Source: Porticoccaceae bacterium
GTDB lineage: Bacteria > Pseudomonadota > Gammaproteobacteria > Pseudomonadales > Porticoccaceae
NCBI GenBank assembly: GCA_028822945.1
Contig: JAPKCN010000001.1
Coordinates: forward strand, 1-47,533
DNA: 47,533 nt
Reading direction: 5' to 3'
Part shown: piece by piece, positions 31,609 through 39,609 of the stretch
Position numbering within the stretch: the first letter of the stretch is position 1
How the letters are laid out: every line of letters starts with the position of its first letter
Notes under the pieces: generated by a model
What the model was told of the DNA's origin: nothing
The model's database searches: none
What the model saw: only the letters and a program-made list of their open reading frames with translations
Program-made: the position numbers and the translations under genes

Positions 31609-33426
31609 ATGGCCCTCTACCTCAAGCATTTTTGTTTAAAGCGCGAACCTTTCTCGATCGTTCCCGATCCGGGCTTTTTATACCCCAGCATTCAACACCG
31701 CCAAGCAATCGCGCATCTAAAGTATGGTCTTGATCGCGAGGGCGGTTTCATCCTCCTCACCGGCGAGGTCGGCACTGGTAAGACCACATTGACCCGGACT
31801 CTTCTTAAAAGCCTACCAGCACACATTCGGGTTGCCTACGTGCTAAACAGCAAATTAGAGGTCGGTGACCTGCTCGCGAGTATTTGTCATGAATTGGCGA
31901 TTGATCTCCCAGCTACCCGCGGCCTCTCGTTTGCCAAGGAGTGCACTGATGCGCTATACCACGACTTGCTGGCGGTCCACGCTGAGGGGAAAAAGACTCT
32001 AGTGGTTATTGAAGAGGGACAAAACCTGTCCGCCGATGTACTCGAGACTCTGCGCCTTTTGAGTAATTTGGAAACACATACCGATAAGTTGTTACATATT
32101 TTACTCGTCGGTCAGCCCGAATTATTGGAGGCATTGGCTCAGCGTGAGCTGCGACAACTCAACCAGCGAGTGGTGGCGAGGTTCCATTTACTGCCGTTAG
32201 AGCGCGACGAGCTAGTCAATTATATCAACTACCGCCTGCATCGAGCCGGCGCTCAGAAAGCAATTTTTGACGCTGATTGTATCGCCGCTCTATTCGGTTT
32301 GAGCAAAGGTGTGCCGAGGTTGATCAATCTGGTTTGTCAGCACTCGCTGCTAGCCGCCTACTCGGTTGGTAGCCAGACCGTCTCCGGCAAATTACTCAAG
32401 CGCGCTGCTAGTGAGATTTTGGCGCCTTCCAGCGAGTCGCTCAAAGCGACGTGGCGCAGGCGTTTGCTGCTGCCAGTGCTGATGTTATCTGTCGGTCTTG
32501 GGCTAGGTTTCGGAATGGCCCGCGGGCCGCTCGACCTAGTTGCTGGGATCGACGCGCTGCTTGCACTTATTGTCGTTGCGCCCTACGAACAATCGCAAAC
32601 CGGGGAATTAGGCGCTCAACCGAAGGCGGTGCTGGGAGATACCCAGAGTGTTCATCAGACTGTGCATAGTGGTGATCTCCCCCTCGCAGTTGCACAATCG
32701 GTGGAATCATCTGTCCGTTTACTAACGAATACAGTACGTGCTGACTCAGAGGTTGAGATTCCCCAGCAGAAGAGTTCCCGGCCGTCGATCGCGGCGCATG
32801 GTGGTCTGCCAGAGCTCGTCACGATATTATCCCCGGTTGTCCCCAGTTTCGACGCCGAGACGGCATTGCTCAAGCTATGGTTGTCGCCCAATTCGCGGCC
32901 TTCGAGGCGGTCTTTCGCTGCGATTTTAGACGCTAGCGGACTGCGTCTTATCAACCTGCGTAATATCGACCTCGATCTTCTATTAGAGATCAATCGTCCG
33001 GGGATTGTAGAATTGCAACGGTCGGCTAGACGCGAAACTTTGGTGGTGCGGCAGGTGACCGAAACGTCCATTAGATTGCAGGGTGCAGAGGGGATTGAAA
33101 ACATCTCGCGAGAGGATTTTGTAGCTGTTTGGTCGGGCAGCTATCGCCATCTTTGGAAGCCCCCAATGAGCTACGGGGTGCTGCAAGATGGCCTCGAAAA
33201 TCGCCAGTTGATAGACTGGCTGCAGGCGCGACTAGCGCGCCTCGATGACGGTTACGAGAGGGTGATTACCGGTGGCCGCTACAGCGCCGCAATTCGCAGC
33301 AACGTACTGGCGTTTCAGCAGCGTTATCAATTGCGCACCGATGGCATACTCGGGCGCGAGACCACTATGATGATCAATGCTCTGACCGATTCTAGTATTC
33401 CGCTGTTGCGCAGTGAGGGTAGTTGA
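31609..33426 (+). CDS. exeA: ExeA/GspA AAA ATPase with C-terminal peptidoglycan-binding domain
   Basis: PFSIVPDP.FLY, GEVGTGKT, LVGQPEL and G.PRLIN, a transmembrane segment, then FQ...L..DGILG.ET. Start trimmed to the ATG at 31609. Confidence 0.88.
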   Translation: MALYLKHFCLKREPFSIVPDPGFLYPSIQHRQAIAHLKYGLDREGGFILLTGEVGTGKTTLTRTLLKSLPAHIRVAYVLNSKLEVGDLLASICHELAIDLPATRGLSFAKECTDALYHDLLAVHAEGKKTLVVIEEGQNLSADVLETLRLLSNLETHTDKLLHILLVGQPELLEALAQRELRQLNQRVVARFHLLPLERDELVNYINYRLHRAGAQKAIFDADCIAALFGLSKGVPRLINLVCQHSLLAAYSVGSQTVSGKLLKRAASEILAPSSESLKATWRRRLLLPVLMLSVGLGLGFGMARGPLDLVAGIDALLALIVVAPYEQSQTGELGAQPKAVLGDTQSVHQTVHSGDLPLAVAQSVESSVRLLTNTVRADSEVEIPQQKSSRPSIAAHGGLPELVTILSPVVPSFDAETALLKLWLSPNSRPSRRSFAAILDASGLRLINLRNIDLDLLLEINRPGIVELQRSARRETLVVRQVTETSIRLQGAEGIENISREDFVAVWSGSYRHLWKPPMSYGVLQDGLENRQLIDWLQARLARLDDGYERVITGGRYSAAIRSNVLAFQQRYQLRTDGILGRETTMMINALTDSSIPLLRSEGS

Positions 33427-34007
33427 TGTCATATATTTTAGATGCATTAAAAAAAGCCGAGCGCGACCGCCTGCGCGAGGAAGTCGATGATATTGACGAT
33501 TTAAGTGGCAGCGCTTGGGATCCCTATGCGTCATCGGCAGCGACATCCAGATCGTCGTCGCACGCCATGCTCAGTTATGGATTGATGTTAGCGCTGGTGG
33601 TGGTGGTACTTTTGGCGATCGGCCTGTATTGGGAGACGCGCAGTGTGGCGGCTCAACTCGAGGTTTTGAATGGTCCACCGGCTGGGCCATACGAGCATAG
33701 TGGGGCCGGCGATAGACTGCCCAGTGGGGTCTTTAGCGCAGGCACCACCTCAGCCATGCCAGTGGTCTCGAGTCTTCCGCCGCTGTCGGAAGCGGAGAGC
33801 CGAATCGCTTTGTCGGCGGCGCCCGAACTGATTATTTCCGGTAGCCTGTATGTGTCTGAGGGATCGGCGTCGAACAGGATTTTTGTCGGAGCCAATGTCT
33901 GGAAAGAGGGCGATACTGTGGATACTGATTGGATCGTCTATCGAATCGGTATAGAGGCTGTCGAGCTGCGTTCGGGCGAGCGTCGAATCATGCTCAAATA
34001 TCCCTAG
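33426..34007 (+). CDS. exeB: ExeB/GspB
   Basis: Signature start MSYILDALKKAERDR, one transmembrane segment and a C-terminal T2SSB-like EGD domain; TGATG overlap with exeA. Confidence 0.82.
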   Translation: MSYILDALKKAERDRLREEVDDIDDLSGSAWDPYASSAATSRSSSHAMLSYGLMLALVVVVLLAIGLYWETRSVAAQLEVLNGPPAGPYEHSGAGDRLPSGVFSAGTTSAMPVVSSLPPLSEAESRIALSAAPELIISGSLYVSEGSASNRIFVGANVWKEGDTVDTDWIVYRIGIEAVELRSGERRIMLKYP

Positions 34008-34056
34008 CGAGGTTTTTAATTTTGCCGGGATATCGTCCGTCGAGTTGTAGGTGCCG

Positions 34057-35826
34057 CTAGTCTGAGAATACTTCTAAAAGAGAGTTTTTGCCGCGATCAA
34101 AGCGTTTCGCTCGGCGATAGGGAAAGACATCGACCACATAGCCTTGATTGATTTTCTGCTGTAAATTTTGCCAAAATTCGACCTCGTAAAGATCGCTATG
34201 AATCTCTTCAAATAAATGCCGCGCCCTCGAATTACCTGAGAAAAATAGCCGGAACTCCTCTGGGAAGACATCGTCGGGTGCCACCGAGTACCAAGTGCCT
34301 GCGCGCATTTCGTCGTATTCGTTGCGCGGTTCCGGTATCACCCTGAAGTTGCAGTCGGTAAGGACAGTGATTTCGTCATAATCATAAAATACAACGCGGC
34401 CGTGGCGGGTTACGCCAAAATTTTTCAATGGCATATCGCCAGGGAAAATATTCGCCGCTGCCAGCTGCTTGATGCAGTTACCATATTCGTCCATAGCATT
34501 ACGTATCTCATCTTCGCCGGCCTCGGTGAGAAAGATATTTAACGGCGTCATATAGCGTTCGGTATAAAGGTGTTTGATGAGCAACTGATCGCCGCGGATT
34601 TCTATTTGCGACCCGGCGACGGCGCTGAGTTCAGCGAGTAATTCTTTCGAAAAGCGCGCTATTGGAAACATCAAGTTGTTAAATTCCTGGGTATCTGCCA
34701 TGCGTCCAATGCGATCATGACGCGATACCATGTGGTACTTTTCGCGCACGATATCGTGGGTGACCTCCTTCGGTGGAGCAAATTTATCCTTGATGATCTT
34801 GAACACGATGTTGTAGGACGGCAGCATAAACACTGTCATGACCATACCTTTGATACCGGGGGCGATAATAAACTGGTCGTCGGAGTTACGCAGGTGGCCA
34901 ACTAACTGGCGATAGAATTCAGTTTTGGCGTGCTTGGGGAAGCCTAGGCTGTTATAGATTTCGTAATCGAGCTTTTTTGGCATCAGTTTTTTTAAAAAGT
35001 GGGCGTACTGGTAGGGCAGCGGTGCATCGACCATAAAGTGATTGCGGGTAAAGCTGAACACGACGCTCAGTTCGTCGACATCGAATAGCGCCGTGTCGAC
35101 ATACAAATAACCCTGTTCGGTATTTAAGAACACCAACGCCATGGGAAAGCTCTGCTCGCCATCGGTGACGCGGCCGACCATATATGCCGCTTTGCTACGG
35201 TAAAATATCGACTCTAAAATATCAAATTTAACTGCCTCTTTAGGTCCGCGCAACTGCGGCACGATCTCTTGTTCAAATACCGCCATAATGCAGTCGAGAT
35301 CAAGATCAGTGTCTTCACCGGGCAAGGCAAACTCAGATTCCTCGAGAATATTTCGAAAGGTCTGGCGAAAGTCGCTGCCCTGATAGCGCACAAAAATACT
35401 GTATTCTGCTACCGGCGCTTCGATGGCCTGTGATGAGCCGACATAGACAAAGTCCTCGGCTATTTTGTCATGGTCGTGAATACTGCTAAAAACTGAGTTA
35501 AAAAAGGTCTCGGCAATCTCAAAGTTGGGAAAATTGAACACCAGCTGGGTGTATGCGATCTTCGCCTCGCGCCATAAGTCCAGGGCTGCGAGGTCTTTAT
35601 TAGTGACCATACCTAAATAATGAACCGTCTGGAAAATTTTGTCGGTGTATAGTTCTAGACGATCGACATTAGCTTTTTGCACTCCGAGCCAATCGGCTTT
35701 CTCAAAGCGTGCCTTGGCACTCAGGGTGGCATTCAGATGGTCGGCAAAATAGCTGCGAAAGCCGTTTAGGATTGTTTTCGCCATGCGCCGCGAGGTCGAA
35801 TTGTGGATCAAGGGTTTTAGGGCCAT
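34057..35826 (-). CDS. aceK: Isocitrate dehydrogenase kinase/phosphatase
   Basis: EIAETFFNS, APGIKGMVM, HDRIGRMADTQEF and IFPGDM..KNFGVTRHGRVVFYDYDEI. Start trimmed from 36048 to the ATG at 35826. Confidence 0.96.
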   Translation of the reverse strand: MALKPLIHNSTSRRMAKTILNGFRSYFADHLNATLSAKARFEKADWLGVQKANVDRLELYTDKIFQTVHYLGMVTNKDLAALDLWREAKIAYTQLVFNFPNFEIAETFFNSVFSSIHDHDKIAEDFVYVGSSQAIEAPVAEYSIFVRYQGSDFRQTFRNILEESEFALPGEDTDLDLDCIMAVFEQEIVPQLRGPKEAVKFDILESIFYRSKAAYMVGRVTDGEQSFPMALVFLNTEQGYLYVDTALFDVDELSVVFSFTRNHFMVDAPLPYQYAHFLKKLMPKKLDYEIYNSLGFPKHAKTEFYRQLVGHLRNSDDQFIIAPGIKGMVMTVFMLPSYNIVFKIIKDKFAPPKEVTHDIVREKYHMVSRHDRIGRMADTQEFNNLMFPIARFSKELLAELSAVAGSQIEIRGDQLLIKHLYTERYMTPLNIFLTEAGEDEIRNAMDEYGNCIKQLAAANIFPGDMPLKNFGVTRHGRVVFYDYDEITVLTDCNFRVIPEPRNEYDEMRAGTWYSVAPDDVFPEEFRLFFSGNSRARHLFEEIHSDLYEVEFWQNLQQKINQGYVVDVFPYRRAKRFDRGKNSLLEVFSD

Positions 35827-35863
35827 GAATGATAGATCTCGTCGGCAGTGAACGGTACTTGGG

Positions 35864-36529
35864 TTATTCGAACAAGCTATGCAGGTCCAGCAGATGTTTT
35901 TTTCGTTGTGCCGCAGAACTCGGTACTGCCGATGTCTCCGGCAGTGCTGCTGTTCGCTCGATGGCAAAGCTCTCGCCGGCCAACAGGGCGTCGCAGTAAC
36001 CTCGATAGACGGCGATAAACGCTGGAAGTGCTTTGGCTTCTTTGGCATTTGCCAGAGTGTACCAACCGCAGTCGCGGGCGGTTAGGTAGACGATCGCATG
36101 CGACCAGCTCTGCTCAATCTTCGGGCTGGGTTTATTACACGCCTCAAGATATGCATGGCGCGCCTCGGGCAGGCCGCTGGGCATACCTACTGCGCGGCAG
36201 GCCTCGAGCATTTTATGTAATGTGGGTAAGTATTCACTTTCAGCAATTATCTTCTCTGCTGCCCGACAAATAGCGTCTGATGTATAGTTTTGTAATCTAC
36301 CTAACCACAATTTTTTGGCTAGATTTTCCGAGCGTGTGTTGTCGCCAAAGGCACTGTAATACTGATTATGGTAGTTGACCTGAAACAGCGCAAAAACCTG
36401 ATTGATCGCGTCGATCAAGTCAGCCTTGGCGGGACCCTCGTCAAGACGCCCAGCTTCGGTCGGACAGCGCTTCGATGATGCTGCGATCTCTGATACGACC
36501 CTTTGAATCGGGTTTGAATTTTTTCCCAT
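35864..36529 (-). CDS. Lambda P-like replication protein / putative helicase loader (DopE-like)
   Basis: K.LW...L, YLPT...L..C, GLP...AY.EAC, WSH..VY and C..L..GE pattern typical of the lambda P family; overlaps the upstream O-like gene as lambda O-P do. Confidence 0.75.
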   Translation of the reverse strand: MGKNSNPIQRVVSEIAASSKRCPTEAGRLDEGPAKADLIDAINQVFALFQVNYHNQYYSAFGDNTRSENLAKKLWLGRLQNYTSDAICRAAEKIIAESEYLPTLHKMLEACRAVGMPSGLPEARHAYLEACNKPSPKIEQSWSHAIVYLTARDCGWYTLANAKEAKALPAFIAVYRGYCDALLAGESFAIERTAALPETSAVPSSAAQRKKHLLDLHSLFE

Positions 36530-37607
36530 GACTGGATTCCGCTAGCTGAGTTTGATTATGCCGTGCCCACTGACCTTTTACATACTGAAGAAATTTTGTG
36601 CTCCACGAACACTGGGAGGCACCATTTTCCTGCCAATAAAGGACAAATTCAGGGATCAGTTGGCATGCAAATGGACGCTCAATATTTGCCATTTGAAGTA
36701 CGTCATACACCGATTCTATCGGCTGCCAAGATGACTCAATCGGCTTCGGTAGAGTGTCGCGATCCATCATGCCGGTGTAAAAATGCCACTGTCTCCGAAC
36801 GTGTTGGACAAACTTGGTGTCCCAGGTGCTCGAGGTATCGCCGCGTTCGCGCCAGTAGAGAATAAATTCGGGAATCGCATCTTCGACAAAGTTCCCATTG
36901 ATACCGCCCTTTTCAATGAGAATATCTAGCGCATCCGGCGACGGTCGCCACTCGCGAGTTACCGGTAGCTCCGCCCGGCGTCGCTGGTTGCTCGACTCAC
37001 TCTGTTGCCACTGCCGCCAAACTTCCTTTAAAAATTTCGATTCCCAACTCGGTCTGGGTACGTTTTTATCGCGCCAGTAAGCGACAAACTGCGGCACCTG
37101 CTGGAGCGAAAAATCGCGGGTTGCCCCTAGTTGGCAGAGTTGCCTTAGGGCATCTTCACTCGGTTGCCAGTCATTGTTGATCGGCTGTGCTGCCGTTGTA
37201 TCAATTGGCCAGTTGCCGCGCTGTGGTCGCTGCCGAAGGCGCTCGGTCGCGATTGGCTCGCGGGTCATTGGGGGCGACATCGTGTGCACCACAGGGGCGT
37301 TGGTGACTGGTTCATTAAAGGCAAAGTTACAGCTGCTTTGTAACGTCCAGGGTGTGCCGTCGGTCAACAAAATACCTTTTTCCTGCAGGCTGGTTGCGAT
37401 TCTTTTTAGTTTGTCGACGGACCAAAACGGCGCTAATCGCAATAGCTCCTGACAATCCACCGCAACCCAATCAAATTGGCCGTGGCGCTGGGTTGGCCGA
37501 TGCCAGAGGCACTCTTGCAGTAGCTGCAGCAGGACGCTCTCTTCGAGGCCGATGGTGGCGGCCAGAGTAGGCGAGATAACGATCGATTTTTCCGGGATCA
37601 GTGACAT
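36441..37607 (-). CDS. Lambda O-like protein with three DnaT-like ssDNA-binding repeats (DopC-like)
   Basis: N-terminal putative winged-helix region (SPTLAATIGLEE...PFW), three ~60-aa repeats and a C-terminal RDRS...L.DRSWA motif. Confidence 0.75.
   Translation of the reverse strand: MSLIPEKSIVISPTLAATIGLEESVLLQLLQECLWHRPTQRHGQFDWVAVDCQELLRLAPFWSVDKLKRIATSLQEKGILLTDGTPWTLQSSCNFAFNEPVTNAPVVHTMSPPMTREPIATERLRQRPQRGNWPIDTTAAQPINNDWQPSEDALRQLCQLGATRDFSLQQVPQFVAYWRDKNVPRPSWESKFLKEVWRQWQQSESSNQRRRAELPVTREWRPSPDALDILIEKGGINGNFVEDAIPEFILYWRERGDTSSTWDTKFVQHVRRQWHFYTGMMDRDTLPKPIESSWQPIESVYDVLQMANIERPFACQLIPEFVLYWQENGASQCSWSTKFLQYVKGQWARHNQTQLAESSHGKKFKPDSKGRIRDRSIIEALSDRSWAS
36567..37184 (-). repeat. 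Three tandem ~60-aa protein repeats within the DopC-like gene
   Basis: Residues ~142-200, ~215-274 and ~289-347 share P...W.P......L...(V/I)P.F..YW.......W..KF...V..QW. Confidence 0.9.
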
Positions 37608-37699
37608 CTGATCACTTTATCAGATGCGCTCTTTATCACAAAGCTCGGCGATACGACTGGCGGTAATTGATCCAAAAATTAATTCAAATAGGTAAAGTC

Positions 37700-37728
37700 T
37701 TGCACTTACTACAGAGACCGATTACTGT
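37700..37728 (+). promoter_or_regulatory. Sigma70 promoter of radA
   Basis: TTGCAC (37700-37705)-N17-TACTGT (37723-37728), with an AT-rich UP-like tract at 37674-37690. Confidence 0.65.
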
Positions 37729-37740
37729 ACAAAAAAACAG
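37725..37740. promoter_or_regulatory. LexA (SOS) box
   Basis: CTGT-ACAAAAAA-ACAG matches the gammaproteobacterial CTGT-N8-ACAG consensus, with an AT-rich spacer and a TA 5' flank; it overlaps the radA -10. Confidence 0.75.
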
Positions 37741-37805
37741 CGATGATGCGTATTCAGACAGCCTCTGCATGTCGCTAGACAGCACCTCGGAATGGGAGCC
37801 TCGGC

Positions 37806-39176
37806 GTGGCAATAAAACAAAAATCGGCCTTTGTATGCAACGACTGTGGTGCCGATTATCGCAAGTGGCAGGGTCAGTGTAGCGAGTGTCAGGAGTGGAA
37901 CACGCTGAGCGAAATTCGCCTCGGCGCGACCCAGCGCAGTATTTCTAGTCAACGCAAGGGTTTTGCCGGCGCCGCAGATAGTGAAATCGTCCTACTCAGC
38001 GACATCGATCTCGATGAGATCCCGCGCATTACCACTGGCACCAGCGAGCTAGATTTGGTGCTCGGCGGCGGTTTGGTACCTGGTTCGTGTATTTTGCTCG
38101 GCGGCGAGCCCGGGGCCGGTAAGAGTACGCTGTTGCTACAGACCCTTTGCAAACTGGCGGTATCCCACTCGGCGCTTTACGTTACCGGCGAGGAGTCGCC
38201 CCAGCAGATAGCCATGCGTGCCGCGAGACTCGATTTACCCGCCGACAAGTTACAGATTATGGCTGAGACCTCGGTTGAGACCCTGTGTGCGGTCGTCGAG
38301 CGTCAGCGACCGGCGATATTGGTGGTCGACTCTATTCAGGTGATGCACCTCGACGACGTCAGTTCCGCGCCGGGCAGTGTGTCGCAGGTGCGCGAGAGCG
38401 CATCGAAGTTGGTGCGCTTTGCCAAACAAACGGGCACTGTCCTGATCCTTGTTGGCCATGTCACTAAAGATGGTTCGCTGGCGGGACCAAAAGTACTTGA
38501 GCACATGATCGACTGCTCGTTGATGTTGGAGGGTTCTAGCGACAGTCACTTTCGCACCCTACGCAGTCAAAAAAACCGCTTTGGTGCGGTTAATGAACTC
38601 GGTGTGTTTGCCATGACTGACCGCGGTTTAAAGGAAGTTGCGAATCCCTCGGCGATCTTTTTGCAGCGCGATAGCGAAGTTTCATCGGGCAGTGTGGTGA
38701 TGAGTATCTGGGAGGGTACTCGGCCGCTCTTGGTCGAGTTACAGGCGCTGGTCGACGACAGTCATTTAGGTAACCCGCGGCGGGTGACCGTCGGGCTCGA
38801 TCAAAATCGGTTGTCGATGTTGTTGGCCGTTCTTCATCGCCACGGTGGGATTATGGTCGGCGATCAAGATGTTTTCGTCAATGTTGTAGGCGGCGTCAAA
38901 GTGGTGGAGACCAGCGCCGATTTGGCATTGATCTTATCGGTCATCTCGAGTTTTCGCGATCAACCGCTGCCAAGCGACCTAGTAGTGTTTGGCGAGGTGG
39001 GCCTGTCCGGAGAGATCCGGCCTGTGGCAAATGGCCAAGAGCGTCTTCGCGAGGCGGCCAAGCACGGCTTCACACGCGCTATAGTGCCCGCTGCTAACGC
39101 CCCGAAAAAACCGATTGCCGGGATGCAGGTGACGCTGGTTCGGCGGATTACGGAGGCCCTGGACGCGCTCCTTTAG
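37806..39176 (+). CDS. radA: DNA repair protein RadA/Sms
   Basis: C4 zinc finger CNDC/CSEC, GEPGAGKS, KNRFG motif and Lon-like C-terminal GEVGLSGE. Confidence 0.98.
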   Translation: MAIKQKSAFVCNDCGADYRKWQGQCSECQEWNTLSEIRLGATQRSISSQRKGFAGAADSEIVLLSDIDLDEIPRITTGTSELDLVLGGGLVPGSCILLGGEPGAGKSTLLLQTLCKLAVSHSALYVTGEESPQQIAMRAARLDLPADKLQIMAETSVETLCAVVERQRPAILVVDSIQVMHLDDVSSAPGSVSQVRESASKLVRFAKQTGTVLILVGHVTKDGSLAGPKVLEHMIDCSLMLEGSSDSHFRTLRSQKNRFGAVNELGVFAMTDRGLKEVANPSAIFLQRDSEVSSGSVVMSIWEGTRPLLVELQALVDDSHLGNPRRVTVGLDQNRLSMLLAVLHRHGGIMVGDQDVFVNVVGGVKVVETSADLALILSVISSFRDQPLPSDLVVFGEVGLSGEIRPVANGQERLREAAKHGFTRAIVPAANAPKKPIAGMQVTLVRRITEALDALL

Positions 39177-39194
39177 AACGCGTTAATGCGTGTT

Positions 39195-39260
39195 TTGACT
39201 GCGCCATGTTTGCGCCTATACTGAATTCAGATTGACACCCCGAGGGTTAGACCTTACTAT
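39195..39260 (+). promoter_or_regulatory. Tandem sigma70 promoters of the B12 operon
   Basis: TTGACT (39195)-N16-TATACT (39217) and TTGACA (39232)-N17-TACTAT (39255). The second would start transcription just before the riboswitch P1. Confidence 0.65.
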
Positions 39261-39273
39261 GCCGCCGTTGTTT

Positions 39274-39492
39274 TGACATCAGGTTCTGAATCCTTGCATG
39301 CCACAAAGAGCGAGCGGTTTAGTTAAACGGGAAGTAGGTGCGCTCGGTCAAGTGTGACCGTCAGCTAACCCTACACTGCCCCCGCAACGGTAAATGAGAA
39401 TGTCTGTTGGTAGTGCCACTGTGCGCGTGCATGGGAAGGTTGATAGACAGGGTGAATTCCCCCTCATGAGTCCGGAGACCGGCCTGTTGTCA
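39274..39492 (+). ncRNA. Cobalamin riboswitch (class I / AdoCbl-type)
   Basis: P1 TGACAtCAGG/CCTGtTGTCA; TAAACGGGAA; GGTG; ACTGCCCCCGCAACGGTAA; GCCACTG; GGGAAGG; B12 box GAGTCCGGAGACCGGCC. Lies upstream of a TonB-dependent receptor and cobO. Confidence 0.95.
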
Positions 39493-39609
39493 CGCAGAAA
39501 AACCGCGGGGTGTGGTTCTGTACGGACAGGCAGAATTCTGTTTCGCCCGTCCGTCTGGCACCCTGTAAAACTAGTTTATATGCTCGGGTGTGAGCGCAGG
39601 ACAAATACA

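Noticed and set aside
35827-36048. 74-aa N-terminal extension of aceK
   Set aside because: It overlaps the P-like gene in another frame and has no AceK-like sequence.
35864-37607. Prophage remnant
   Set aside because: No integrase, att-like repeats, repressor or structural genes were seen; both ORFs are intact and embedded among core genes.
39394-39609. 72-codon in-frame N-terminal extension of btuB in the ORF track
   Set aside because: It runs through the riboswitch. The signal peptide and RBS fit the ATG at 39610.
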